Below, in pieces: positions 27,211 to 37,160 of a stretch of 64,000 bases of DNA. Within the stretch, counting starts at the first letter, position 1; each line of letters starts with the position of its first letter. A model generated the notes under the pieces. That model saw only the letters and a program-made list of their open reading frames with translations. It was not told where the DNA came from and did not search any database. This DNA comes from Phycisphaerales bacterium (GTDB taxonomy: Bacteria; Planctomycetota; Phycisphaerae; Phycisphaerales; SM1A02): NCBI GenBank assembly GCA_029242715.1, contig JAQWTL010000002.1, positions 7,445 to 71,444 of the forward strand. Direction: 5' to 3'. Position numbers and translations under genes: made by a program.

Positions 27211-28308
27211 TCACTCAAGCCCATCGACTTGACGAGCCGCTCCTGGCAACTGCTTGCCGTCTTGATCCTGCGTACCAGGGCCAAGCAAACTCCCGACAAG
27301 CCGCTCCAATGATGCCGCAGGCGCATTGATGTATCGCACGATACCCGATCGATCCACCAGAATTGTGGATGGAATACGCCGCACATTGAACTGTATGGCC
27401 ATGGCGTTATCCCATTTTCGGCCATCATTGAATTGAGGCCATTCGATCCCTAATCCAGTTACGACAGCCTCCAGACGTGAGACGTCTTCATCCAGATCGA
27501 TTCCAAGAATCTCAAATCCACGATTGTGAAAACGATCGTATAACTTCACTAGACCAGGCATCTGAACCATGCATGGCCGACACCATGAGGCCCAGAATTC
27601 CATGAGCAGAACCTGCCCCTTGAATACAGTCGGAGACAAGTCGCTTCCTGTATTCCATGCTTTGACATGAAAAGCCTGCAATGGCTTCCCGATCATGTCT
27701 AAATGAAGCCTCTTCGCTTCAAGCATATCGATCATACGAAACACATTGGGATCTTCCTCTTCAGACTCAATCATTTGATCCAAGAGCAATCTGGCCTCAT
27801 CGGGTCGGCCAAGGAGTAGATAAGCATCAGTGATGATCAACTTCCGTTGCTCTGCTACCGGATATCCTGAGTAGGCGTTCTCTGCCTCGATTGCTGCCGC
27901 CGCTTGATCCGAACGAAGCAGTGACTGGATATGTCTTGACATGGCAAGAGATGAACGTTGATGGCCTGTATAAGCAGCGAGATATCGCGCATAAGCCTTC
28001 GCAGCCTTGTCGTACTGGTACATATTCCAATAACCAACAGCCTTCAGGTAGATCGCCTCTTCTTGATGATCTCCTTCAGGGTAGGCCTCCAAGTACTCGT
28101 CTATGAGCAACTGGCCTTGATCCCCTCCATCCCAGATCAACAACCATGAACGCTCTTCCACATCCAATTGAGTCATGATGACTGCCCATGCATGCTGCTC
28201 TGAATGAGCCTGATCTGCTGCAGACCCCAGTTGCTGGGCCGTTGACAACACGCTGATAGAGAGACAGAACAGAGCAGTCAGTATTGAGTTCATGATCACA
28301 GTATCCAC
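27211..28308 (-). CDS. TlpA-like thiol:disulfide oxidoreductase with N-terminal TPR-like region
   Basis: Signal peptide. C-terminal redoxin domain: VLLMEFWASWCRPCMVQMPGLVKLYDRFHNRGFEILGIDLDED. Confidence 0.75.
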   Translation of the reverse strand: MDTVIMNSILTALFCLSISVLSTAQQLGSAADQAHSEQHAWAVIMTQLDVEERSWLLIWDGGDQGQLLIDEYLEAYPEGDHQEEAIYLKAVGYWNMYQYDKAAKAYARYLAAYTGHQRSSLAMSRHIQSLLRSDQAAAAIEAENAYSGYPVAEQRKLIITDAYLLLGRPDEARLLLDQMIESEEEDPNVFRMIDMLEAKRLHLDMIGKPLQAFHVKAWNTGSDLSPTVFKGQVLLMEFWASWCRPCMVQMPGLVKLYDRFHNRGFEILGIDLDEDVSRLEAVVTGLGIEWPQFNDGRKWDNAMAIQFNVRRIPSTILVDRSGIVRYINAPAASLERLVGSLLGPGTQDQDGKQLPGAARQVDGLE

Positions 28309-28338
28309 GATATCGGCTTCTCCGCCTATGCTCTGTGC

Positions 28339-28842
28339 ATGATTGAGAAACGACTCAAATGGACATGGAACCCTCCACGGCCTCCATGGATGGTGGTTGG
28401 AGTCATTTCAACCTCTGCGATACTCATACTCGGGGGATTTCTGATTGCCATGGCCTTGACCTACAACACCCGGTTCGAGCAACTGGGAATCATGCTTGCA
28501 CTGGTTCTTGTACTTGCCGTAGTGGCCACGATGATCCACATTCTCCGCCGTAATATCATTCGCATGAAATTAGAGGCTGATGAGAGTGGGCTACGTTGGA
28601 CTGATGTCACACATGGTCAGGTGAGGCTTATTGGATGGAATGACATGGTCCGCTTCCAGTCCACACCACTGCATAGACATGGACAGTTGTCACATCATGA
28701 AATCAGATTGTGGACCAGTGCGTCACGAGTTCCGCTCGTAATCGGCCAAACTCCAGACAATAGTGATCGCTACGAAAAGTTCATGCTTTTCCAGGATCAA
28801 CTGGCTCATCTAATGAAGCTCAATGGAGTTACAAGTCGCTAA
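28339..28842 (+). CDS. hypothetical membrane protein
   Basis: Two predicted TM helices (VVGVISTSAILILGGFLIAMAL and LGIMLALVLVLAVVATMIHIL), then a soluble domain of about 90 aa. No family recognised. Its 3' end overlaps the convergent regulator gene by 4 nt. Confidence 0.45.
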   Translation: MIEKRLKWTWNPPRPPWMVVGVISTSAILILGGFLIAMALTYNTRFEQLGIMLALVLVLAVVATMIHILRRNIIRMKLEADESGLRWTDVTHGQVRLIGWNDMVRFQSTPLHRHGQLSHHEIRLWTSASRVPLVIGQTPDNSDRYEKFMLFQDQLAHLMKLNGVTSR

Positions 28843-29726
28843 ACAAGAGCTTGTTGAATTGACTCTACTGCAACACCTTGAAGTGAACCAAGAACCGTCA
28901 AGCCCGGTATGTGTTCCAACGAGAGATCAGATGCCTGGCGTCCGCCCACAATCAACTTGATTCCAGCAGCATTGCATTCTGCTGCAAATATATTGATTTC
29001 ACGTGAAATCTCAGCTGGTGAGTCAAGCACACTTGCTGAAATCCAGACCATGTCGGGCCTGTCACCTTCAGGTCTATTGACACTGTCAATCCTGAAAACA
29101 TCAATTGGCGTGTTCGGTCCTAAATTTGTTGCTACTCCGCCCTGCTCGGAAACTACTGAAGCGACAAGCAAGCTTGGCAGAATATAAGGATCCGAACGAA
29201 CTGCCCCGCCTGTAGCTTTGAACTTGGGTGATTTGTGAGCGGCAACGATACGCATCTGCTGGATTGCCTGAATGCAGATATCTGTTGCACGATGCTCGAT
29301 GAAAATTCCATTGGCATCATGGTTGTTTTCAGATCCTAATTCCCTCAAAGACGCTTTGATCGGCCCGTCACCAAGTTCAGCTATGGACATGCCGTCCAGG
29401 AAGCGGCCCATGAGAAGATGCCATACGGCTTCAGAATGACCATCTTTTAGATGTTCGAGAAGAACTTCATCTAAGGCATCATCATCTACCTGATAAGTAA
29501 GGTCATCTGCAGGCAGCCCGATTGCTGTTGGCTTAAGGAATCGGATACCTCGCTCACGAACGAATCTGATGGCATCTCGAACAGTGATGCGTCGGTGGCC
29601 ACCAGCAGTTCTGGTGACCTGCAGATACCCCTTATCTGCCCATCTCTTGAGGGATGATTCGCTCATCCCGATGGCCTCAGCCAGGTTTCGCGGCGAAACA
29701 AGACGGTTGATAGCAATGTGTTCCAT
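28839..29726 (-). CDS. MerR/excisionase-type HTH regulator with C-terminal B12-binding-like domain (CarH/LitR-like architecture, tentative)
   Basis: N-terminal HTH: LVSPRNLAEAIGMSESSLKRWADKGYLQVTRTAGGHRRITVRDAIRFVRERGI. The C-terminal Rossmann-like part is PDMVWISASVLDSPAEISREINIFAAECNAAGIKLIVGG. I do not see a canonical DxHxxG motif, so cobalamin binding is unproven. Confidence 0.5.
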   Translation of the reverse strand: MEHIAINRLVSPRNLAEAIGMSESSLKRWADKGYLQVTRTAGGHRRITVRDAIRFVRERGIRFLKPTAIGLPADDLTYQVDDDALDEVLLEHLKDGHSEAVWHLLMGRFLDGMSIAELGDGPIKASLRELGSENNHDANGIFIEHRATDICIQAIQQMRIVAAHKSPKFKATGGAVRSDPYILPSLLVASVVSEQGGVATNLGPNTPIDVFRIDSVNRPEGDRPDMVWISASVLDSPAEISREINIFAAECNAAGIKLIVGGRQASDLSLEHIPGLTVLGSLQGVAVESIQQALV

Positions 29727-29775
29727 CAGTGGAACTATATCTCAATAGCCGTTGGAAGAATGAACATAATGAATG

Positions 29776-29797
29776 TTTTGAACGTTTTTGTTCAAAA
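29776..29797. promoter_or_regulatory. inverted repeat TTTTGAAC-N6-GTTCAAAA in a divergent promoter region (candidate operator)
   Basis: Perfect 8-bp arms in the 169-nt AT-rich spacer between the regulator gene (start 29726, -) and the fasciclin gene (start 29896, +). Further TGAAC half-sites lie nearby (aaTGAACataa, gTGAACggt). Confidence 0.3.
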
Positions 29798-29895
29798 ACG
29801 GCTTGATAAGAGCTGCAAGAGGTATTAGAGTTCTCGCATGTGAACGGTTTGACTGTTTTAACCTTATTGGACGTTTTAGACAAGGAATACCAGAT

Positions 29896-30804
29896 ATGCC
29901 CCTCCTCACCAGCTTAATCGCCAGCTCAGTAATAGCCCTCGGACCAAATTGTGGATCAGCAACCCCCACCCTTGCTGAGGTTGCAGCCTCTGATGGCCGC
30001 TTTCAGACCCTTGTTGCAGCAGTTGATGCTGCTGGCCTGATGAGCACTCTTCAGGGCTCAGAGTCTTACACGGTTTTCGCCCCGACAGATGCCGCCTTCG
30101 CCAAGCTACCCGCTGGCACAGTCGAATCACTTCTGAAGCCCGAGAACAAGCAGTTGCTGCAGTCGGTACTTCTTTACCACGTGGTTCCCGGCAATATGCC
30201 TGCCAAGCACGTACTTGGAAGCAAAGTGATCGCAACAGCCAACGGCCAACGCCTAGATGTCTCCAACTGCTGCACTGAAGGTCCCAAGATTGACGGCGCC
30301 AAGATCGTACTGACTGACATCAAGGCCTCGAATGGGACCATCCACGTCATTGACAGTGTCGTTCTTCCCTCTCAGTTGAACATTGCTGAACTGGCCAGTT
30401 CACAAGGAACTTTTCAAACGCTTCTTGCAGCAGCCAAGGCTGCGAACCTGGTTGATGCACTTTCAGCAAAAGGTCCCATTACGGTCTTTGCACCAACTGA
30501 TGCCGCATTTGCGAAACTTCCTGATGGAACCATTGAAGAACTTCTCAAGCCAGAGAACAAAGAAAAACTCGCAGCAATCCTGACTTACCACGTGGTCCCC
30601 GGTCGGGTATACAGCGATGCTGCCATTGAAGCTGGCATGGCTACAACACTCCAAGGGAACAACGCCACCATTCGCTCCAAAAGTGAAGGCGTGTACATCG
30701 ATAACTCCAAGATTGTCATGACTGATCTTGAAGCTTCAAATGGCGTGATCCACGTCATCGACACGGTCATGATGCCACGGATGAAAACTGCATCAGCGAT
30801 GTAG
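29896..30804 (+). CDS. fasciclin (FAS1) domain protein, two FAS1 domains
   Basis: Internal ATG giving signal MPLLTSLIASSVIALGPNCGSA. Two copies of TVFAPTDAAFAKLP.GT.E.LLKPENK..L..(V/I)L.YHVVPG and ...NG.IHVIDSV/TV. Confidence 0.85.
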   Translation: MPLLTSLIASSVIALGPNCGSATPTLAEVAASDGRFQTLVAAVDAAGLMSTLQGSESYTVFAPTDAAFAKLPAGTVESLLKPENKQLLQSVLLYHVVPGNMPAKHVLGSKVIATANGQRLDVSNCCTEGPKIDGAKIVLTDIKASNGTIHVIDSVVLPSQLNIAELASSQGTFQTLLAAAKAANLVDALSAKGPITVFAPTDAAFAKLPDGTIEELLKPENKEKLAAILTYHVVPGRVYSDAAIEAGMATTLQGNNATIRSKSEGVYIDNSKIVMTDLEASNGVIHVIDTVMMPRMKTASAM

Positions 30805-30823
30805 CAACGAGCCATCCCCGAAT

Positions 30824-30866
30824 GGGTGAGGGGAGTGGCCCTTGGCTTCCCTCACCCTCCTCTTTC
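30824..30866 (+). terminator. Rho-independent terminator after the fasciclin gene
   Basis: 9-bp stem GGGTGAGGG / CCCTCACCC, followed by the T-rich TCCTCTTTC. Confidence 0.55.
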
Positions 30867-30932
30867 AGAATTTGATTTCCAATCTCACCATACACAAACA
30901 CGTAATTTCTCACAGACGAAAAGGTATTTGAA

Positions 30933-32324
30933 ATGCACCCCCTTATGGTTACTTCCGGCGTAGTGATCGCCTCAATTGCAACAATGGCTTCCGCAGCAGA
31001 TGTGCGAGTAGCACACCTCAGTCCTGATGCACCTGCAGTCGATGTACTGGTAAATGGTGCTCCAGCATTCACAAATGTGGCCTTTGGGGACGTCACTGGT
31101 TACGCAGAACTTCCTGAAGGAACATATGACATCAAGGTCGTAGCAGCCGGGACTACAGGCCCAGCAGTCATAGATGCGATGATTCCTCTGCCAGAGTCCG
31201 GCGACTTCACTATTGCTGCAGTTGACTCACTCAAGAATATCGGCGCTGTCATTTACGCTGATGTGAATGTTCGAACTCCTGGATCAACTGGAGTTCGATT
31301 CGTACACGCCTCACCAGGAACCCCCGCAGTAGATATCGCCGTTGCCAACGGCGGGCCCGTACTGTTTGCTGATGTTGCGTTTGGGGAATCCGGAGGATAT
31401 GTCACTGTACCTTCAGGTGAATATGACCTTGAGGCTCGCGTAGCAGGAACAGAAATCGTTGCACTATCACTCCCAGGTGTCGCCCTGACCGGAGGCACGA
31501 GTATCACAGTATGGGCAAAGGGTTTTCTCAATGGAGAACCAGCTCTTGGCGTGGCCGTTTCACTTGATCTTGCTCCAACAGCAAATATCCGAGTGATACA
31601 TGCATCACCTGATGCACCAGCAGTCGATGTGAAAGTCAATGGAGCTCGAGCAATTGAACAGCTCCCATTCAATGAGGGAACTCCGTATACAAGTCTTCCA
31701 GCAGACACCTACAACATCCAAGTAGTTCCAGCTGGCCTGGATGATCCTGTAGTCATTGATGCAACCCTGCCATTGGATGCCTTTGATTACAGCGTGATTG
31801 CCATAAACACGCTAGCGAACATCCAACCATTGGTTTTAGTTGACAACAATGAGCTTTGGGCAGATGCCAGAATTCGATTTGTACATGCCTCACCTGATGC
31901 CCCCGCAGTAGATATTGCTTTGGCAAATGGCGGACCAGTACTGTTCTCCAACGTGTCATTTGGCGAAAACGGTGGCTATATATCGGTACCTGGAGGCATT
32001 TATGACCTCGAAGCTCGCGTTGCTGGCACTGACACCGTTGCCCTGGATGTACCCGGTCTCAATGTAACCGGTTTCAGAAGCTTTACCGTGGTTGCCACAG
32101 GCCTTCTGACAGGGGAACCCGCTCTTGGCGTACTTCCATTGCTTGATGATGAACGTTGCGCAACTGACATCGTTGGAGACGGACAAACAGGTGTCAATGA
32201 CATTCTCACACTGCTGAGCAAATGGGACACGTCTGACCCCTGGGCAGATGTCGACGACAGTGGTTTCGTTGATGTTGATGACGCCATGCTAGTCATCATG
32301 AACTATGGCACTTGTGGATCCTGA
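30933..32324 (+). CDS. DUF4397 repeat protein with C-terminal dockerin-like domain
   Basis: Signal peptide, then four DUF4397-like units (e.g. RVAHLSPDAPAVDVLVNG, RFVHASPGTPAVDIAVANG, RVIHASPDAPAVDVKVNG, RFVHASPDAPAVDIALANG). C-terminus: DIVGDGQTGVNDILTLLSKW...DVDDSGFVDVDDAMLVIMNYGTCGS. Confidence 0.75.
   Translation: MHPLMVTSGVVIASIATMASAADVRVAHLSPDAPAVDVLVNGAPAFTNVAFGDVTGYAELPEGTYDIKVVAAGTTGPAVIDAMIPLPESGDFTIAAVDSLKNIGAVIYADVNVRTPGSTGVRFVHASPGTPAVDIAVANGGPVLFADVAFGESGGYVTVPSGEYDLEARVAGTEIVALSLPGVALTGGTSITVWAKGFLNGEPALGVAVSLDLAPTANIRVIHASPDAPAVDVKVNGARAIEQLPFNEGTPYTSLPADTYNIQVVPAGLDDPVVIDATLPLDAFDYSVIAINTLANIQPLVLVDNNELWADARIRFVHASPDAPAVDIALANGGPVLFSNVSFGENGGYISVPGGIYDLEARVAGTDTVALDVPGLNVTGFRSFTVVATGLLTGEPALGVLPLLDDERCATDIVGDGQTGVNDILTLLSKWDTSDPWADVDDSGFVDVDDAMLVIMNYGTCGS
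30996..32147 (+). repeat. four DUF4397-like units arranged as a duplicated pair (A-B-A'-B')
   Basis: Units 2 and 4 are still recognisably similar at nucleotide level: ttcgtacacgcctcaccagg...gaatatgaccttgaggctcgcgtagcagg versus tttgtacatgcctcacctga...atttatgacctcgaagctcgcgttgctgg. The period is about 580 nt. Confidence 0.7.
32157..32321 (+). other. dockerin-like double EF-hand module
   Basis: CATDIVGDGQTGVNDILTLLSKWDTSDPWADVDDSGFVDVDDAMLVIMNYGTCGS. Confidence 0.55.
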
Positions 32325-32880
32325 TAAATCCCACGTTCCGGCTTGGGCGGGCACGTTTATGTTGCTCGATAACTCCTCCCAAGAGCCTCATTCTCGCAGC
32401 CACCCGAGTCGGACAACTCAATCGCTCTTTCAATCTTCTCCGTAGCCACATAACAACACACTTCATCAGTACCGAAACTTTACATGACAGCCACTTTCAT
32501 ACTTGGAAGTCCACAAGTAGGAACCTCACTAAAGCTTGAAATACCTGTACAAGGATTGTGAATAATGGAATTCAAAAAAACATCCCTGACAACTCTTTTA
32601 TTTGCACTTGCCACCCTCGCTTGCGGATGCACATTCAACAATTCCAATGTAGTAAATTCACGATCAAATACAATTCGACTTTCCGAACATGATGGCGATC
32701 ACAGTCATCTCATAGTCAGCTCAGGCGATTTACTTGGAATGTCAATGCATAAAAGAAACGAAGTAAACTGACCGTTTATACACGTAAGAATTGAATGAGA
32801 CGATTTGATTTCCAGTACGTGACCCCTAGCCTGTTACTCAATAAACATCATCTATCGATACTTAGAAAAAGGGAAAAACC

Positions 32881-33102
32881 ATGAAAGCCATTGATGTTAT
32901 TGCTGCGGTACTTCTTGTGGTCGGAGGACTGAACTGGGGACTCTGGGGACTCTTTGACTTGGATATCGTGGCCTCCATAATGGGTGGCGATGCAGCCATT
33001 GGTGCACGACTCATATATGTTCTCGTAGGTGCGGCCGCTCTTTATCAGGCCATGAGCGTCAAATCAATACAAATGAGATGGAACACGGCAGCTACTGCCT
33101 AG
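32881..33102 (+). CDS. DUF378 domain membrane protein
   Basis: MKAIDVIAAVLLVVGGLNWGLWGLFDLDIVASIMGG...RLIYVLVGAAALYQ matches the DUF378 pattern (GxLNWGLxGxFxxDxV). RBS-like aaaaagggaaaaacc lies upstream. Confidence 0.75.
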   Translation: MKAIDVIAAVLLVVGGLNWGLWGLFDLDIVASIMGGDAAIGARLIYVLVGAAALYQAMSVKSIQMRWNTAATA

Positions 33103-33177
33103 TCAATCTGATTTCCTACTGACGCGGTTGGGGTGATTGGTACCCCATCCGCACACTGGACAAACAGCTGAAATCAA

Positions 33178-34668
33178 ATGATGCCAAACGATACAAATAT
33201 CATCGCAGTCACAGGAGCCACTGGGTACGTTGGAGGCCGCCTGGTCCCAAGGCTCCTGAACTCTGGCTACAAAGTGAGATGTCTTGTTCGCAACATCAAG
33301 AAACTTACTGGCCGTCATTGGTCCTCACATGAAAACCTCAGTGCTGTACAGACGGATCTTACGAACACAGATCAACTCATTGATTCATTAAGAGGATGTA
33401 AAAGTGCTTACTACCTCATCCATTCAATGATTACTGCTGGAAGAGACTATGACGAGGTTGATCAAAATATTGCTCTGAACTTCAGCCACGCAGCGAGTGA
33501 TGCAAAGCTTGAACGAATCATTTACCTGGGCGGCCTGGGCGAAATTGGTGGGCAACTCAGTGAACATCTCACATCGCGCAGAAAAGTAGAAGAGAGTCTT
33601 GCTGCAAGCGGTATTCCTCTTACAGTTCTGCGAGCAGCCATGATCATCGGATCCGGCTCGGCCTCATTTGAGATACTGAGATATCTCGTCGAAAGATTGC
33701 CTGTCATGGTTACGCCAAGATGGGTCAAAACCAAATGTCAGCCGATCTCAATCGAAGATGTCCTTTACTACATGCAAGCCTGCCTTGAAAACACTGACAC
33801 TGCTGACATGAAACTGGATATAGGCGGCTCAGAGATCATTACATATCGTGAGCTGATGAGAATCGTTGCAGAAGAGTTAAAACTGCCACGAAGACTTATC
33901 GTTCCAGTACCAGTACTGACTCCCAGACTAAGTTCATACTGGATTCACATGGTGACCCCTGTTAGTGCCAGCATTGCGAGACCGCTTGCCGAGGGTCTGG
34001 CAAATACAGTTATCTGCAGGAACGACGATTCTAGGAAACTCCTTCCTCATGAAACACAGTCACCAAGAGAAGCAATCTCATCAGCACTCAAGCATGAAGC
34101 TACAAATGAAGTGGCAACATCGTGGCTTGATGCTGGCCCAGTTCCAGGAGATCCGGATTGGTCAGGCGGTCGAGTATTCGTGGATCAAAGAACTATTCGC
34201 GTAGCTGCAAACACGGAAAATCTCTATGAAGCCATCAAGATCATTGGTGGCGGCCATGGATACTACGCAGCTGACTGGCTATGGAGACTTCGCGGAGTCA
34301 TGGACCAGATGATGGGTGGTCCGGGACTCAGAAGAGGCAGGAGAGATCGTCGGAAAATAGCCTGTGGTGATGCTCTCGATTTCTGGAGAGTTATGGATGC
34401 AGATCCTGGCAAACGCCTTCATCTGTATGCAGAGATGAAACTACCAGGCAAGGCTACTCTTGAGTTCGATCTACGACAGGATCCTCAGGATCAAAGCATG
34501 TCAATCCTGACTCAAGTAGCCAGGTTCCGACCCAAAGGACTCACTGGAATCCTCTATTGGTATGCCGTGAAGCCTCTTCATGGAATTGTCTTCAGCGGAA
34601 TGCTCAATGGCATCAAAAAAGAAGCTGAAAAAACAACACAACTAACGTGTCTTACTAATCAGGAATAG
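33178..34668 (+). CDS. NAD(P)-binding SDR/NmrA-like protein with C-terminal DUF2867
   Basis: Rossmann motif IAVTGATGYVGGRLVPRLL. The length (496 aa) and C-terminal segment (DALDFWRVMDADPGKRLHLYAEMKLPGKATLEFDL) fit the SDR+DUF2867 architecture commonly found next to photolyase genes. Confidence 0.75.
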   Translation: MMPNDTNIIAVTGATGYVGGRLVPRLLNSGYKVRCLVRNIKKLTGRHWSSHENLSAVQTDLTNTDQLIDSLRGCKSAYYLIHSMITAGRDYDEVDQNIALNFSHAASDAKLERIIYLGGLGEIGGQLSEHLTSRRKVEESLAASGIPLTVLRAAMIIGSGSASFEILRYLVERLPVMVTPRWVKTKCQPISIEDVLYYMQACLENTDTADMKLDIGGSEIITYRELMRIVAEELKLPRRLIVPVPVLTPRLSSYWIHMVTPVSASIARPLAEGLANTVICRNDDSRKLLPHETQSPREAISSALKHEATNEVATSWLDAGPVPGDPDWSGGRVFVDQRTIRVAANTENLYEAIKIIGGGHGYYAADWLWRLRGVMDQMMGGPGLRRGRRDRRKIACGDALDFWRVMDADPGKRLHLYAEMKLPGKATLEFDLRQDPQDQSMSILTQVARFRPKGLTGILYWYAVKPLHGIVFSGMLNGIKKEAEKTTQLTCLTNQE

Positions 34669-34672
34669 CACC

Positions 34673-36094
34673 ATGCGATCCATGGTTTTGCTTCGGAATG
34701 ATCTGAGGCTTACAGACAATGCGGCCATTGATGCCGCCTATCAAGAGGGAAAAGATGGCACTATCGCTCTCTTTTTTCTTACTCCTAAACAATGGCAATT
34801 GCATGGCGTGGGATCCCCAAGAGTTTCTTTCATGCTCAATTGCCTGAGGTCGTTACAAATAGAGCTTGAAAAGTCTGGAACCCCCCTGCTCATTGAGCAG
34901 GTTGATACCTACGAAGACATACCACTCCGGCTTCAGTCTATCGCCTCTCAACATGACTGCCAAAGCATACATGTCAATCGCGAGCCTGGAATTGACGAAC
35001 GTAACTGTGATGATGCGTGTGCTACCCAACTAGGTATCCATGACATTTCATTTCAAGTGCATGACAGCAACACGATTCTTCCAATCCATGAGATTGTGAC
35101 TGGAAGCGGAAGCCCCTACCGTGTCTTTACACCATTTTGCAAACAATGGCACCAACAACTCGAGTCCAGAGGTCTCCCTGTATTTAACCAACCGGAAGTG
35201 TCTCGAGTTCTGGATCTTGAATCCGGAACGATTCCAAATGAAATACCGGGATTTATTCCTTGGAAGGCACAACATCTCTGGAAAGCCGGCAGTGATGCTG
35301 CACACGTGCTCTTGGATAAATTCCTAGATGATGCGATTTTAAAATACAACGATAAGAGAGATGTGCCTGGTGAAACTGGCACCAGCACACTATCGCCCTG
35401 GCTGGCAACTGGAGCAATTTCGCCAATCACTATCCTGCGAAAGATCTACCAAAGGTTTGGCGAGAACTCTGAAGATTGGAACATTGGCGTAAAGTCATGG
35501 GTCAATGAACTCGTATGGAGAGAGTTCTACAGGCATGTCATGCATGGCTTCCCAAAGGTCTCCATGAATCAACCAATGGTTGAATGGGCGCATAATATTC
35601 AATGGCGAGAAGACTCTGCAGGACTGCAGGCGTGGCAGGAAGGAAGCACTGGCATCGACATCATTGATGCTGGAATGATGCAACTTAAAGAAACAGGCTG
35701 GATGCATAATCGAGTCCGAATGATCACGGCCATGTTTCTGACGAAAAATCTACTGATCCACTGGAGGCATGGGGAGAGTTACTTCTCAAGACATCTGGTT
35801 GACTATGACTTTTCCAGCAATAACGGAGGCTGGCAATGGGCCGCATCAACTGGAACAGATGCTGCGCCATATTTCAGAATATTCAATCCAGTTAGACAAG
35901 CTGACACATGGGATACAAGCAGGACATACATAAAAAGATGGCTGAATAGAACGCCAATGTCATTGGATCCCATTGTGGACCTCCAGGTTTCACGCCGACG
36001 TGCAATAGAAACATTCAGAGCTGCCAAGGAATTCGCGACAGACAAGTCCAAGGGGGGGAATCAAGATCCCGCAATAAGGAGCGATGCAATATGA
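34673..36094 (+). CDS. phrB: deoxyribodipyrimidine photolyase (cryptochrome/photolyase family)
   Basis: N-terminal photolyase domain (VLLRNDLRLTDNAAI). FAD-binding domain motifs: TSTLSPWLATGAISP, WVNELVWREFYRH, TGIDIIDAGMMQLKETGWMHNRVRMITAMFLTKNLLIHWRHGE, NNGGWQWAASTGTDAAPYFRIFNP. Confidence 0.9.
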   Translation: MRSMVLLRNDLRLTDNAAIDAAYQEGKDGTIALFFLTPKQWQLHGVGSPRVSFMLNCLRSLQIELEKSGTPLLIEQVDTYEDIPLRLQSIASQHDCQSIHVNREPGIDERNCDDACATQLGIHDISFQVHDSNTILPIHEIVTGSGSPYRVFTPFCKQWHQQLESRGLPVFNQPEVSRVLDLESGTIPNEIPGFIPWKAQHLWKAGSDAAHVLLDKFLDDAILKYNDKRDVPGETGTSTLSPWLATGAISPITILRKIYQRFGENSEDWNIGVKSWVNELVWREFYRHVMHGFPKVSMNQPMVEWAHNIQWREDSAGLQAWQEGSTGIDIIDAGMMQLKETGWMHNRVRMITAMFLTKNLLIHWRHGESYFSRHLVDYDFSSNNGGWQWAASTGTDAAPYFRIFNPVRQADTWDTSRTYIKRWLNRTPMSLDPIVDLQVSRRRAIETFRAAKEFATDKSKGGNQDPAIRSDAI

Positions 36095-36540
36095 TTCGTC
36101 TTGCCATATGCCTCATGTGCATGATCCCTCTCGTCTCACTTGGACTCACTTTCATCATGCCTCAACAACAAGACATTGATTGGATTGAATCGCATCACTG
36201 GAAGCATCGACTCGTTGTGATATCCGGGAGCGAGGAGCCGGTCATTGAACAAAGAAGCAGATTCCTGGAACTGGAAGATCATGTCCTTGAGCGGGATCTG
36301 CTCATCCTGACCATCATTCACCCACCAACGGATGAAGACCAGGACCCAAACGTACCGGATCCGGGCTCATTGGCTGCGCATCTCGGAATCAGCTCAAGTA
36401 CATTTCAAGTCCTTCTGGTAGGCAAGGATGGCGAAGTCAAAGAGCACCGATTTGAACAAGTCAAACCACAGGAGTTCTTTAGCTGCATCGACGTCATGCC
36501 CATGAGATTGGCAGAGATGAAGCAAAGAAAAGCCACCTGA
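36091..36540 (+). CDS. DUF4174 domain protein
   Basis: WKHRLVVISG..., RDLLILTI..., FQVLLVGKDGEVKEHRFEQVKPQEFFSCIDVMPMRLAEM. The start overlaps the photolyase stop in ATGA (36091-36094). Confidence 0.6.
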   Translation: MIRLAICLMCMIPLVSLGLTFIMPQQQDIDWIESHHWKHRLVVISGSEEPVIEQRSRFLELEDHVLERDLLILTIIHPPTDEDQDPNVPDPGSLAAHLGISSSTFQVLLVGKDGEVKEHRFEQVKPQEFFSCIDVMPMRLAEMKQRKAT

Positions 36541-36598
36541 GAATCAATTACCCAACGGTGTCCTCCTGAAAAAGTCAGTCATCTGGTAGCCTGTTCTC

Positions 36599-37135
36599 AT
36601 GGCTAAGGGAAAACGCAAGAAGAGAAAACCAGGCCCCGCACATCCAGCCAAGGCAATGGATGTCGAAACGATCCTTGCCGAAGTGGAGTCAATACTTCCA
36701 TCGCTGGATTCACCGGATGCCGGTTCACATTGGGGCGAAGTTCAACGGAAACTCGCCAAAGCAAAAGCTGATACCGCTGCCGTAGGCAGAGCGGTCATGG
36801 CTCGTGATACGGAAGCAGTCAAGCACATCCTGAACGTATTACGTGGTGTAGAAACTGACGAACCAATAACCGAAGAAGTCCTTCCGGATGTTCCTGGTGA
36901 GATTCTCAGAGAAGCCATGAAGGCATTTCGCAAGAGACTGAAGCTCATGAAACTCGATCATGAGTCAAAGCTTGGGCGGAGCCCATTAACGGGAGGCAAA
37001 GATGCTGGGTTTGAATCCATCCTGCCACCCGAACAGTTCCCATCAGACGTATGGAAAGTACTGGCATCCAAAGGCGAAGTGGAATCCACTGGGCGTGGCT
37101 TCTATAAACTTCCAGAAAATCGACCTACCTTCTGA
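36599..37135 (+). CDS. hypothetical protein (basic N-terminus)
   Basis: 178-aa ORF starting MAKGKRKKRKPGPAHP. Coding-like composition. No family recognised. Confidence 0.45.
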   Translation: MAKGKRKKRKPGPAHPAKAMDVETILAEVESILPSLDSPDAGSHWGEVQRKLAKAKADTAAVGRAVMARDTEAVKHILNVLRGVETDEPITEEVLPDVPGEILREAMKAFRKRLKLMKLDHESKLGRSPLTGGKDAGFESILPPEQFPSDVWKVLASKGEVESTGRGFYKLPENRPTF

Positions 37136-37160
37136 TTGATGCCAAGCCTGGAGAGATGAC

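Noticed and set aside
32565-32771. 68-aa ORF with a hydrophobic N-terminus (MEFKKTSLTTLLFALATLACGC) in an AT-rich spacer
   Set aside because: It could be a tiny lipoprotein. However, the lipobox is non-canonical, there is no clear RBS, and there are no recognisable motifs. I cannot support it as a gene from sequence alone.
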